A stretch of DNA of 64,000 nucleotides from Lingula anatina (taxonomy: Eukaryota > Animalia > Brachiopoda), in contig CM120647.1 in the NCBI GenBank assembly GCA_051362555.1, forward strand, positions 11,694,651-11,758,650, read 5' to 3'. Below the pieces are notes generated by a model, which saw only the letters and a program-made list of their open reading frames with translations, did not search any database and was not told the DNA's origin. Position 1 is the stretch's first letter. Each line of letters begins with the position of its first letter. A program made the position numbers and the translations under genes. Shown here one piece after another: positions 11,801 through 25,362 of the stretch.

Positions 11801-13230
11801 GTTGTCGTGTCTTCCATGTTGCTTGACTAGCATTAGTCCATAAAGTCTGACGGGAACGTACGTTTACAATGGAGCATGGTGCTCTTTATCTGTTGGTGTG
11901 ACATATTGGGAGTGTGATGAAATCCAAAGCAATTTTTGGGGTTTGTTAACTTCACACCCTTTGCCAATATGAGATGATCTGAACACTTAAACTAAAATTG
12001 TTGTTACCTATCAATGTGATGAGATGGCTAGGAAATAGGGACAATCAAATTGACACATAGGCCCTACTGTCTTGTGACAAGCTTGACCATTTCTATCATA
12101 CTATCACAATGTTTGTGTCTTAAGGCTATGTTTTTATATTATGAACCCAAATTAGCTGGCCTCTAGCAGGAATATTTTGATAAGAAATTTTAAAAAATGT
12201 TTAAAACAGACCGATTAGCGATTAGGTTCTTCACATCAAATGTACACAGACCACGGCTTACAACAAACACCGCTGCTCGCTGACTTTTGCTGATTGTTGG
12301 CACCCCGGCTACTGTTTTATACCTTATTTGTGACACAAAAATATCCCCGATTTGTGTTATTGTATTGGGAGTGTTCATGTCGCTTTCCAAGAATGTCCTG
12401 ATCTGTGATATTAATTATTAATTTTATTGATTAGTAACCATTACGATTATATATTGTTTAATTAAAAGTGAATATATTGTACTTTAAACTTGTCACTCTT
12501 CCACACATCTATGGTATATATAATGCAATAGGAGAATGTAGTAGACATTCTTTGAAAATCTATCTTTTAAAATTTTAATCTTCCTTTCGTCCCAAACTGA
12601 GGGTACGATTTTCTAGTCTGCCTGCGCCCCCTAGCAGTACGTTATTGTTACTGTGACAATATGGAAGTGTTAATATCTATTTCCAAGAAATGTCCATATC
12701 TGTGATATTAATTATTAATTTTATTGATTGGCAGTCATTACGATTATATATTGTTTGATTAAAAGGGAATATCTTGTACTTTAAACTTGTCACTCTACCA
12801 TCGCACCACAAGAAAATGATGTTAATGTATAACAAATATGGTATCAGACTCCACATTGTACTAAGTGCATACGGCATAAGCAATACGACGGAAAGGGTGA
12901 CACTTTTCTTTTGAGGGGTGAAGAGGGATTGCATTATGATTGCATTCGACAAGATGGCGATGTCCTCGGTACCTTTAGTTTGCGAATTTGTTCGTTTATT
13001 TGTCTTTTTGCAGCAAAAAATAAATGGAATCATTTGCTAAAATCTTTCAAGATATGTGACAAGCTGGTATAGAAGAGATTATAAAAATTTGGAGGTGTAC
13101 GGAATTTCCTTTTTTATAAATATGACTCACCAAGGAATGCTATATCTTATCAAATAATGTTGGGGTTATCAAGTAAAAGAAAAACGGTTAACTGGGGACT
13201 TGGCAATTACTTCCTGGTGTGCACGCTAAA
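8870..13230. repeat. Patchwork of diverged local direct duplications
   Basis: Block aagaatg(t/c)ccatatctgtgatattaattatt occurs at ~9056, 10233, 12389 and 12685. Block tacccccgac..gaggtccccttaatatgtg occurs at ~9373 and 10578. Block aaataggtaaagaagag..ggaggtg occurs at ~9852, 11402 and 13065. Segment 8870-9050 is repeated at ~12195-12390. Confidence 0.85.
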
Positions 13231-14220
13231 GATAAGGACGGGATTCGAATTTGTTATTAGCCGCTACCATGCTTTTTTTTTTCGATAGATCACTCGATTG
13301 ACCGTAATACGGGAAACAAACCATCCTCCGTACGTGCGAGTTTCCGCTTAACTAGCTCAAAAGGTAATTTCCATGGTCCCACGAGAGTCTGCATTTGATT
13401 CTATTTCAGGTGCCAGCACTTCGGTCATTGCTGAGAACCGTGTATTAGGTTTTCACTTTTAACGGAATCTTGATTGCTTTGTATACAATGTATTTGTATT
13501 TTTGGTTTGTTTGATTTTGGTTTACTTTCTTCCATTCTTTCAAATATTTCGTATGGCAAAGAATACTAAAAGAAATGAAACAATAGGTTGTGGGTCTTAT
13601 ATTTTGTTTAAAGCAACACCTTGCAATATGTTGTGGATATATGGTTCATGCATGTAGTTGCTAACCACTGAATAAATTGAACGCCGTTTAACTAACCGCC
13701 TGTTTAATTTCCATTTATACATCTTGGTCCAGATTAGATACTGGGTTGACTCTCGTCTGTACCCTGTCCTTCAATGCAACCCACATATGCTCAATAGCGT
13801 TACTATCAGGGCTCAAAATGCTTGCAACAATTCACCAGGCGAAAACTGTGAGAAAGTCTGCAAATGCGATTTCTCACCTAACACATTTAATATCGCTTTC
13901 ATAACAGCGAGCATATGTCGCAGTATGTATATCTGTCACAACATGTTTGTCATCTGTTGTCGTTACTTTAGGGATACATGTACTACCTCGTTTAGATAAT
14001 TTCCATTTAAAATAGTTTCATTATTTCTCAGAATCGAGCAGTCACATAAACAGTTTCGTAAGTGTATTTTATTTTTATTCTGACCTCATCAACTTTGATG
14101 ACAACTGTCTCAATGATTATCGCCTTGGTTCAACCAGTGCACTGAAAGATAAGGAGCTGATAAACATGCCGTGGAAAGTGTGGTTTATTTTCAAAGCATG
14201 ACTTGATGTTTTACTTAAAA

Positions 14221-14258
<38 letters not shown>

Positions 14259-14633
14259 TATAGATTAGGGTGTTGTGAATAGTTCGTTTATTGCATTTTT
14301 TTCCGTTTATTTGTTTAAACTAACATTTGAATTCATTTTATTATTTAGACCCCCCCCACACACACATGCGCACACACACGCACACACACACACAGACACA
14401 CACACTATCTTGTAAGTCATTTCTTCGTTTCCTTTTTATTCTTATTTCATTTTTGTCATATATTTGTCACCTATTTATATGACATGAGCAAGATCATTTG
14501 CTGTAAGCGTGCACATGTGCGTGTGTGTGCGCAAAGAGAGTGATGAGTCCAACCGTATATCAGTGTGTTACTCGTCAGACGAAATTCAGTTAAGATGCTG
14601 TAAGTTGTTTGGCCTGGCCTTTCTCAGTGCCAC

Positions 14634-14671
<38 letters not shown>

Positions 14672-14886
14672 AAGTGTGTCTGTGTGTGTGTGTTTGGAGG
14701 GGGCATGTATCCTTGTGTGTAGTGAAATAGAGAGAGATAAGATGGATAAGCGGTAAAAGTGATCGCCATTGATCATTGCGATAGCAGGCGACCACGTATC
14801 GTCTAGATTGACATAAATCAACACAGCATTCATCACGAGTGCTAGACATGCATTGGTCAAGTGCAATTATCGTAAACCGTAGATTA

Positions 14887-15342
14887 AGGCCGCATTCAAA
14901 ACAAGTTGGTTGCGGACTAACTGTTCCGTGGATCAAATATGGCTGACCATCTTGAAAGCTTGCCGCATAATTCCCTAAAAACATCGAATATTTAATGTTA
15001 GTAGGTAACAGCATGCAGCGAATAAGAGTAGGGTATGTTTTGTAGAGTAACTCTAGTTGAATGACATGCTTTTATGATATCTATACAACTGCGCATAATG
15101 TAAACGGGGGGAAAGGCCGCTACAGATTGCTTGAGGTAGAAATAGAAACAGTAAATAATAAAGAAGATAATATCTGAGTTGCATTTGCTACCTCGCGTAA
15201 CATCAGCTGTAAGATAAAGACAACGACTTCGTCATAAATAGATTCCCCGCAGGGATTAGGAGATAAGCTTTCAAGAAGGCCAGCCATATTTGATCCACGT
15301 ATCTGTTAGTCCGCGGATCAACTTTGGTTGTGAATACGGCCT
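14887..15342. mobile_element. MITE with Harbinger-like termini
   Basis: AGGCCGCATTC...GAATACGGCCT ends with ~75-bp imperfect inverted arms (gcggactaac..gtggatcaaatatggctg / cagccatatttgatccac..gttagtccgc), flanked by TA. Confidence 0.75.
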
Positions 15343-16924
15343 TAGACAATACCGTCTGATGGAATGTCTGAAGTATTTACACATGATAAACCGAAGTTGA
15401 CATAGGATCATTTATCAGTTTCGATGACCAGGGACTTGTTTTCCTGGACAATTGTGAAAATACAATACAATATGGAGTATTTCAAAATAAAGGCACGTGT
15501 TTTCCGTCTTGTTCTAACAGGTGTTTTCCTTCTTATCTCTTACATCTTATTCTAGAGAAAATTTAATTCATTATTAAAATAATAATAAAAATTCATTATG
15601 TTAATATAACAACCGAGTGGGTTGAAGTTGTACATTAAATGAAAATAACATTACGATAATAATACATTTGTAGGAAAAATCTCTCCTAAAATTATTTAAA
15701 TGTTGCATTCTATACAACCATAGATATACTGAACAATCTTTCATGTGGCAAAGATTTTTTAGGTGATGTGGGGGGGGGGGAGAACCCGTTGTCAACGAAT
15801 ACAGTCAACGCTTGCTGCATTAAGACTTTATGAACATCGATGCTTTTCAGAACCATCTGAAAGTTCCTATTATGCCCCTTTTACCCATATCGGTGAGGAA
15901 GGGTTCACAAAGAAATTTAATATTAAAAAAACGGGAGGGGGCGCGCGGCAGGGATTTAACAATGAATACTTAGCTGGGGGCAACGACCAACCCCAGCGAC
16001 CTTGACTTTAAGATAAAAAACGAAGACATCACTCTGCACAAATTGGTCTATTTATCTAACCCTAAAGGCCCTTTGAAATTGAACAAGCATTAAGTGTTAG
16101 TGTGGGTGCAAAAGCCAGATATACACGCTAAGGCAATGGCAGACAGCACGTGGACTGCACAACAATTTATCCACGGACACAAAATAAACACTCAGACGTT
16201 TCAAAAATGTTTTAAAACAAGACAGAGTGTAAAGGACGGTTTATAAGATTCCAATTTGCGCTAAGGGTAAGTAGTTTTCTTTACTGTTTTTGCAATCTTT
16301 AATTGGTCAGATCTACAGATAAAACACGCAACCAGTTTAAACTGGTGTATAGCTATAACAGTAGTCTATTTTAAAAAGTGGGGGTTATCGGGGCCGAGGA
16401 TTATACTTAGTTTGTGTCTGTGTTAAAACGGCACAGATATGATGTGGACGCGTTGTGAGTTACGTCGCACCTGTTTCATCAAAAGATACATATTTTACGG
16501 CGGAGATAGTGAGAGTAAACAAATGGGTTCTCTAAATGTCTTTGATCTCGACGAACGAGGCAGTTAGATGCAGCAAATTTCACAGATACATGCTTTTGGC
16601 TCTAATAATCTTTTGAGATAACTGACAGACTTTTAGAGTTCAATATTAGATAAACGATTAGTTGTGCAAGAGTTCGGCTGTCTCTGACTCAAAATATACT
16701 GGTTTTACTCGTCACAACCATGATAACTGTCTGATATGCTTGCAAACAGACAACAATATTACCAGCACACGATCGACTTTAATGCTCACTTGAAATAAGG
16801 AGCACCCTTGTTATTTAGCCTATAAATATTAGGAACGACAAGGTAAGAGGGTATATAAAAGGCCAAGAGAGAAAAGTACATAAAATATGTAGAAGAAGCC
16901 AGGAGACAATCTTCATGCGCAAGT

Positions 16925-16980
<56 letters not shown>

Positions 16981-19059
16981 GTGGGGGGGTCACAGGTGCA
17001 ATCCCGTATTACGTCACTATCAGAGCAAAGTCAAGTGATGTACTGAGTAACTCCATTAATAAGGGACTGTACTGAGACTGAAGCAGGTAGGTGCCATGGT
17101 CGTCTGTTTTGCTTAAAAAAAGCCGTTAGCCAAAGCGAGGTAAAAGTTCCATGCGATTTTATAGAACAGCTGAAAAAAAAAAGAACTATACAGGAGGAAT
17201 TTGTAACAAATTTGGTCCATGCCACTTATACCTAGAAGGGAGATCCACTTGTTTACTAATACTTGCTTTAATTTTGATAAAAATGACATAAACAGAAGTA
17301 CCTTTTCAACACTCTTATGAACCTTGAATAATCTTTATTCAACTGGAAAGAATGTCATAGTGTTGTATCTTTTAAAGGCGCCTCCATGATTGGTCTTCTT
17401 TAGTGAAAGTGGACTTCTACAGATACACACTACAGTTTCTTTTTACAGCAAAATCAAAAGAATTGTAAATCGCATGTAGAAGCAGTAAAAGTGTCCAACG
17501 CGTAGTACCTCAGTATAACAGATATAGCAGCGTAAGGAACGCGGCAGCGCCCCTATAGTGAATACCCTCGTCCCTTAAAATGTCGTTAATGTCGCATGGT
17601 CCCACTCGTGTCTTTTGAGACAAGGTCAAGTTTTAAAATCAAAATTAGGGTGGGTATGTTTAAATATTTTAATTAAGGCAGACAAGAGATATAAATAGTG
17701 ATGGAAATATAAATAGGACTGCCTCTGGGTAGTTAAGGGAAGGCTTGGAAGTGGGGATAAAGATGATTTGGAAGCCCATGACCCTTGGTGCTTGTTCGTA
17801 TTTGATCCACGAACCGATTATCATCTCTTACAAAGCATTGAGCATTTGTTCTTTTTTGTCTTTTTCGTTTGTTTGTTTGTTTTTTTTTTCCTCTCCAATC
17901 TTGCTTAAAAGAATACGATCGGAACTTTAATTGATATTCTACAGTAACGCATACATAAGATTGCAGTATGTGCAAACCAGCAAACGTTGACTCACATGGT
18001 TCAAAGTTTGAATCCATTTTCTCAAGCAGTTTGAATGTCCATCCTTAGGAGAATTTGAACTCCATTTGAACCATACGGACACTGTATATAAAAAAAATCG
18101 ATGCAAAAATTACACGATAATCCGACAACAATGTAGCCCCACGATGGACAAAGGTGTGAAAACTATGGCGGTTGATATTTTATGATTACCTCAGTTAGCT
18201 ATTACATACCAGTTGTTCTGAACTCGTTCGTTTATTTTTATACACATTTTATTTGCAATGCTATACAGTGTATATTAGAGATCCTGAACGACCAGTCGAC
18301 CCCCGCTAACTTTAGATCAAGCTGCATTCCCTGTGAATTCGATGAATAAAAATGTCTAGCATACTATAAGCCTTTTTTTTCAAATTTAGAGACAATGAAT
18401 GGCCCAAATACTTCTTTTTTAATCATTTTATTTACTTACAATTTAACTGATTGAGAAAGAGCACAATGCGTGTCTATATGGTTACAGGACGTGAATGGGG
18501 AATCGAGTTACCTGTAGCTGTACATCTGTTGTACTGGCTTGACTATATCAAGGTTAGATATTTATGTCTGTCAACGCTTCATATTTCCAAAAAGAAAGAA
18601 ATAGACGATGGGTGCGGCAGAGCCCATGTCCATCTTGTCCCTGTGTTAACGTGACAGAGAGTCCCCAATGATAGAGAGACCGCTTCCCATTCGTTTGTAC
18701 ATGTGAGCCTCGCCCTTGATAGAGACCTACTTAGGTCAGGCTAACCCTAACCATTATAACTCAATGGAGGGAGGACTTTTTGTTACACGGATCCTCGGTT
18801 TCGTTACACCAGCGGTTGGTGTCTAATTCGACTGGTCAAAGATTGTTTCTGTAACAACAACTGGCTGTGACCGTGGTTGTGGCCTCATCTAACACAATAA
18901 TATACTTGTATGCGGCAGCCGCCTTGCATGGCCAGGATTAATGGTTTAATTTAAATTCAAGATAATTAATTTAAATTATTTCAGGAATCCGAACGAATAC
19001 CGGAGAATATATACAATCTTGTCGTCTGCTTGTAACTACTGGTATACAGAAGACACAAA

Positions 19060-19617
19060 ATGGCGGCGTCCGAGAAAAAGTCGGGAAAGGCCGGATTCGA
19101 TGACATTTTGTGCACCGTAGGCGAGTGGGGGCGCTGGCAAATGCTGATCTTTTGTCTCATGGGAGTGGTTGGGTTACCAACAGCCTGTCACAATCTTGCC
19201 GTGGTGTTTCTAGCAGCAGACCCTGACCACCATTGTGCTATCCCAGAATTCAATGCGACGTCCTTGACATTGACTCCCCGTTCCAATTCGTCCACCAACT
19301 TGACTAAGACATTTGGCGCAGATGATTGGCTGAAATTTTGGATTCCTATGAAATCAACGGAGGACGAATACCCCCCGACGTTGAGACTGAGCAAGTGTGA
19401 ACGCTTTGAAAACCCCAAAGATGGTGCTTATCATCAATTTGTTTCTACTCTCAGTCAGCAGTCGACCAAGGCTAACCTGACTATTTCATCTGACTTCACA
19501 AACCTGACCTATCCTTTCAATAAAACGTCTGAAACTACAACCAAGCACAGAAAAATTGCAAAGTGTGACTCATGGGTATACGACCAGAGCGAGATCAAGT
19601 CGTCTATTGTATCTAAA
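19060..19617 (+). CDS. SLC22/Orct-like transporter, alternative first coding exon 1a (TM1 plus large extracellular loop)
   Basis: FDDIL..VGEWGRWQ, HHC, KCERF, CDSWVYDQSEIKSSIVSK motifs. 558 nt, phase-0 donor gtaagt at 19618. Confidence 0.85.
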
Positions 19618-21641
19618 GTAAGTATATACATGTAGTTCTCTCTTAACACTCATTACGTGATGTCATTCTAGATTCTCGTCGTTTCTCGCGATATTAATTC
19701 TGTGGCACAAACGCTTGGATTGATATATCAGCACCAAACTTCTAAAATTCGTTTACAAATTAATCACCGGGAATAAATTTAAACAACTGCTGTTGTTTCT
19801 CTTTTGATTGGTTTTGGTTAGTTTGGGTAGAATCGTGTATTCATCAATGCATTGTAAAACTTCGACACCATAGGTACAATTGCATTATTATTATTATTAT
19901 TATCATTATTATTATTATTATTATAAAGATGGGTTCCTAGTAACGCAATTACTGGAAACATCAATTAAGTACAAGTCCTGACCACTGATACAATTAAGAC
20001 CACTTCACATCAAGCGGTATACTTCAGCGATGCAGTTTGTACCGGTCCATTTTTATAAGCCCAAACATGTAATTATGCTAAAAGAAGACTTTTCGCTCCT
20101 GCGCAAGTTCTTTACAAGTTTGATTTCTTCTGTATACTGAAGTTAATTAGTTGGAGGTGTTCACACAGCACAACAAATTATCTTTCAGAATTTTCAGCGT
20201 TCGCGGAATGACGTCGGAAAAGTGCAAGCTTGGCTTTACAAAGCGCAACTTAACAACATTTTTCGCGGGATTCCCGCTTTGCCTTTTACACGGCCTTTCA
20301 ACAGCCGTAATCCCATTCGTCTTTATTCGAGGCTGAACAACGTTTTTCCGCGGGGGTCACACCTTATCAATATGTGCCCCCCTAGGGGTCTTTCATCGTG
20401 AGCGCGGGGGTCAATTAAGTTAACTCACTCGCTTGACAGCCTTGTCACTGAGTCGTCAATCTCGCAAAATGAATAGTGGCAGAATGTATCACTTACGTTT
20501 ACTGCTCATTGTGAAACGTTCTCACTTTTGCACGATAAGATGCATGCGTTGGCAGCCTGTTTATGGACTGGTGGCAACGCAATAATGAGTTGGGAAGTCT
20601 GGTTTCTGGGGCATGTTGTGCTCCTTGTTTCGTATCCCTGGGAAATTGGCATGTATGTATTAATCAATAAATTTATTAATTAACCAAAACCAACAGAAAA
20701 ACAGGTAGACTTACAAAACACACAGAGACAGTTTGCCAGATAGGACAGACAGACAGACAAGACAGACAGACAGACAGACAAGACAGAGACGGTTTAGCAA
20801 ACTAATTAGATGCTTGTGGGTTAAGAGTTTCACAGACGGTTTGTAGGAATAGTTTTCTCAGATGGAACGATGGAACGTCCGGCCGCGAGTCACGATTATG
20901 TAATAAAACCAACAGCGTGCCTCATCATGTTACTCTCCCACACAAACTGTGTACTTAGAGACAATAAAGATGACACCAAGCACACGTATCGCATTTCCGT
21001 CAGGAAGAGATTGGATTTTTTTCCCCAAAAATTAAACCAACGCCTCAAGTACTGCCTTGGTGTGTTTACACACGTTCGATCTGGTCAAAGATAGACTGTC
21101 AAGATGCCATAGCTGGATTACAACTGCCTATCGCGCCGGTTTCTGACGTCCAGTAAATTGAAACTAATATTAAAACGAAAAAGCCATAGAAATGTTGTGC
21201 ATACGGCTTTAAGCGACAAAAGACAGTCATGAAAAATAGAACCCCGGTTGATCCGAAAAGGTTTGAAATTTTGAGGTACAAAAAATTTGTACACGTAAGC
21301 TGGGTTTCCTCATGGTGAAAGCAAGACCGATGTCCGTTCCTAACTAGCCCTCGTCTTAACCACCTTGGCCAGCTGTGTGAGCATATTCAGGCGGAGAGTC
21401 ACCGGTATTATCATAGACCCGCTGAACCGGGGCCAATTTTTGTCGTGAACTTTATCATTATTTTAGACCTGCTGACTCGGGTCATTTCGGACCTGCTGTA
21501 TCTGAAACTGGCAGTTTTCTTGCTAAGGGTCAATGGGTGCGTTGCTGGCGGTCACCTTGTGTACTGACCACAGAACTGACCGAAGTCGCTAAATGCGCGG
21601 TGCAGTGTGAGAAAGAATTAAGGAGAAGAAGAGAAAGCATT

Positions 21642-21673
<32 letters not shown>

Positions 21674-21856
21674 GGAATAAATAAATGAAAAAACTGCGAA
21701 ATCGCTAGTGTGTGTGTTTGTGTGTGTGACGGCATACATATGTAAACGTATACCAATATCATTCACGTCTGGAGCCTTTTTTGATTCATAAATTATTTTT
21801 TTTTTTGTTCGCATTATGTTCAACACTCACTTGCTCATAAACAAAAAGAACTATAG

Positions 21857-22146
21857 ACACCCCCTATCCCCCTGTCCACTGTTCCCCTGTTGACTGCCCC
21901 TTTCCCTGTCCTCATGTCCTCCTACCCCCTGTCCCCTGTCCCCTGCCCCCTGTCCCCCTGTCACCTGCCTCCCTGTCCCCAGCCCCCGTCCACTGTCCCC
22001 CCCGTCCCCTGCCCCCTGTCCCCAGCCCCCCGTCCACAGCCCCCCTGTCCCCTGCTCCCTGTCACCTGTCCCCCTGTCCACCGCAGCCCCCTGTCGCCTG
22101 CCCCCATCCCCCCCCTTGTCGCCTGCCCGCCTCCCCCTCCCCCTTC
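21857..22146. repeat. C-rich (CCCCTGT)-type degenerate minisatellite
   Basis: Visible reiteration of cccctgt/cccctgc units; the complementary strand is G-tract rich. Confidence 0.85.
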
Positions 22147-25100
22147 TCAAGCAAAACGATGGAAGACACGACTAGAGTTACGCTCAAGGACAGGAGCTAT
22201 CTCCATCATAATATTTGAACAACTTATGTACGATTAGATAACACCAGCAAATACAGGTGCCCGTCTCAGGTGATCTTACTGCTTATCTCACCCGTCTGAG
22301 TGTCTGTTTGTTGTTCTAAACCAAGACTATTCTGACGCAATGTATCCATTTACAATGTATATGGAGCTGCTACCTGCACCGCGATCAAAATATCAATCGT
22401 TTATTGATGATTGGGTTGCTGTGTTTGACTGATATGATCTGAGCTAGCAAACGGATAGAATTCGCTCTACTACTATCACTGTGCACTGTGTTCATGACCA
22501 ATCAAGATCATGGCCATCCATTAATACCCAAGTTTGGGCTACCCCCCCCCCCCTCCCTTCCTCAAAGTACATGTATCCGTCTTTTTTCTATGGTCGATCT
22601 GATTATCTGAAATACTGAGTTGCGTTTGATAAAAACTGTGGTGAGACTGTCTTTGTCTAAATTGAAGTTTATTTAAGGTGATTTTATACCTTTGTAATGG
22701 TAATTAAAAGTAGTGCATTGTTCTAAAAATCTCTTTACATGAACATACAATACACGTGTAGCTAACTTTACAAATATGAGCTGCCACTTTGAATAAATGA
22801 AATGATAAGAAACATCGAGAGAATTTGATCTGTCTGCGCGGTTCATCACACTTACATGCACGAACACTAATTGTTGATACCCCGTATTATAAAATGTTTT
22901 TCCAACCGTCATACATAACACGATCAATTAAACGGATCCTGCTGCATTGATTGAAGCACAGCGCATGACAACACATTTCACACTCCACCAAACCAGTCTA
23001 AACTTGTTCTATCCGGCACTAGGTATGTAGGCAGTGCTGCTATTTTCGCCCCTTTTTGATCTCTCTGTTGCAATCACAGCACGGTTAAAGCAAGAATAAT
23101 TAAATAGCTTTGACAATTTTAATTCTAGTCGGTAAAAATTTTAAAAACATTTAAAAACTTTTAACTAATGTTTAGCAAGGTGTGGGTCCCTTTTTACTTT
23201 GTGATCTAAATTGATGAATGTTGTTGTTGTTTATTTTTCATTTTAGTTGACAGAAATGTCTGTAGGGAGGAAAGTTTTTGGTGGGGTCAAGAGCCCCCCC
23301 CCCCCCCCCCCCCCACCCCACCCCTCACATTGGGCGAGAAAGGTCCTCTCTGATTCACATCTTGATCTAGGTGCTATGCCATTTCTTGGGTTGTGTCAAA
23401 AATAAGGGTAAAAGGTCCATTGAAGAAAAAAGAGCCTCCCTCCCCTACATCTGAAATTGCTCGCTACAGGTCCGACCGACATTCGATCCTCTTACAATAC
23501 ATAATCTCAATCAGTGCTATCGGGGTAGTAAAAGCTATAACGTGACTCAAGAAAATGAAGGCACGCTGAAGGTGCTGGGGTATCAGTACAGCGGTGTGTG
23601 GACAATTCGTTGAGAAAATGGTGCAATAAGAGCCATATCACAGTGTCCCCGGGGTCATTCCCTTAATATATTTTCCCGTATCAGCAAGAGTCCTTAGCGT
23701 AATCCCTTTTTCTTTGGAGCAGTGGTAGAGGGAAGGGGTTAGTGTCCCCCCTCCCCCCCCCCCCCCCCCACCTCTCGTGTTCACCAATCTCATTCAAAAC
23801 TTTTTACGGCGTAAGAGAGGTCACTTGTACTTCTTACCAATAAGTGTTGGTGAAACGCCAACAAGCTTTTCGCTTCAATCTAGATTTAACAGGTATTCAC
23901 TCGCTCGTATTGCCTCCCTTATGCATCGCGTAACTTTTCTATAAAATCCATCACCCCTGGAAGACGAAAAGGCCACAAGGCTCTCGGCTGATCTAATGCG
24001 TATGGTAGCTTTGTCACAGTCGAGTTGATAAAAGGCAGATATTCCAGGACGAACCGGAAAAAAAACGTACAGGTAAATATATTTTAGGGAGATACAGAGG
24101 GAAAGCCAACTACGGAAAAGTACACAACCTACGCCTACAGTAAATCCATGGAAAGATACCTGCGAAATTCTGATGCGCAATATCCAGAAAATCAGGACAC
24201 ATTTGTTTCTATATAAACGGAAGTCTTGTTCTACGGACTGTTGCCCACAGTTTGCTCGTACTGTCTAGATATCAACAAAGTTCATCTTTAGTGCAAACTT
24301 TCAGCCATAAGGCCATTGACTATCTCGGATTCCTACCAACAGTTTAACTTTAGGGAGAGACAGCAGGGAAGGAAGGCACAATAGATCTATTTATAATATT
24401 TATCTCAGAAAATCGCAAGCCGGCAGCAATATCTTGACACGAGAGAGAGAGGGCTTCATTGTACAACTGATATTTTTTTCATATATTTAATGTTGAATAT
24501 TGTTGACAGAAACTACATTTTCTCTCATTCAACTGTCTGTTGTCTCTCTGTTGGATTAAAAGAGGGAGAATAAAGGAAAGTTAGAAAAAAAGGAAAAACA
24601 AAAGAAAAAGGGCAGTCTAACAAATACGCTGGTGTGCCCGAGGAAGCTCCATTCAGTGTCAGTCTCGGAATTGCTGTATTGACCTTTTATACAACACTCT
24701 CTTAAGAAGCAATCTGACGTGGACACGCATCATTATTTTAACATTTACTAATCTCTTCCACGTTGTCTCTCAAATCAGAGCTGGGTCATTGCATTTGTCC
24801 ACCATCCTGACCTCTGACCTTGCCATCTGATTGGTCAAAAGTTTTTCTCTAGAGTGGTCACTAATTTGCGGCCTCGCACGGACAGCAAATACTCTAATTT
24901 CGCGACAAGGTTGGGGTCAAGGCGCTTTGGGAGTGGAGAGTGGAGAACGCGCTAAAACGGACGCCTCTAAAAACCACATTGAAAAACACAGGTCACATCA
25001 GGGGGCACCTGGTAACGGGACACAGCCAGTGCAAGGTGCAGCCAGTGCTGAACAGTTCGGGAGGGAGACGATTTAAAAAGGACAGTCGGAAAATTCCTAC

Positions 25101-25362
25101 CCATTCCGAAAGTGGTCACCCGCACGGTGATAATCTACCCGGAGAAGTTTTATACACATCTTACTGCACGGACATAAAAGAAACATAGCTCTAGGCTTAG
25201 GAGTGGGGAAAAACTTGAAGACAGGAATCCTTAACGCAGTAAAGAGCACGGACAGGAAAGGGACAAAAAAGAAAACGCGTTTTTCACGGACAGCAACGGG
25301 GAACAAAGAAAGCACAATTTTATAAAGAAACTACGACGAATTTTTTTTGAAAAGAATCGAGG

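Noticed and set aside
12190-12390. 66-aa ORF in the duplicated block
   Set aside because: The paralogous copy near 9000 has an in-frame stop, and there is no domain signal; more likely promoter or UTR sequence.
21851-22237. Gly-rich and Pro-rich ORFs
   Set aside because: Translation artefacts of the C-rich minisatellite.
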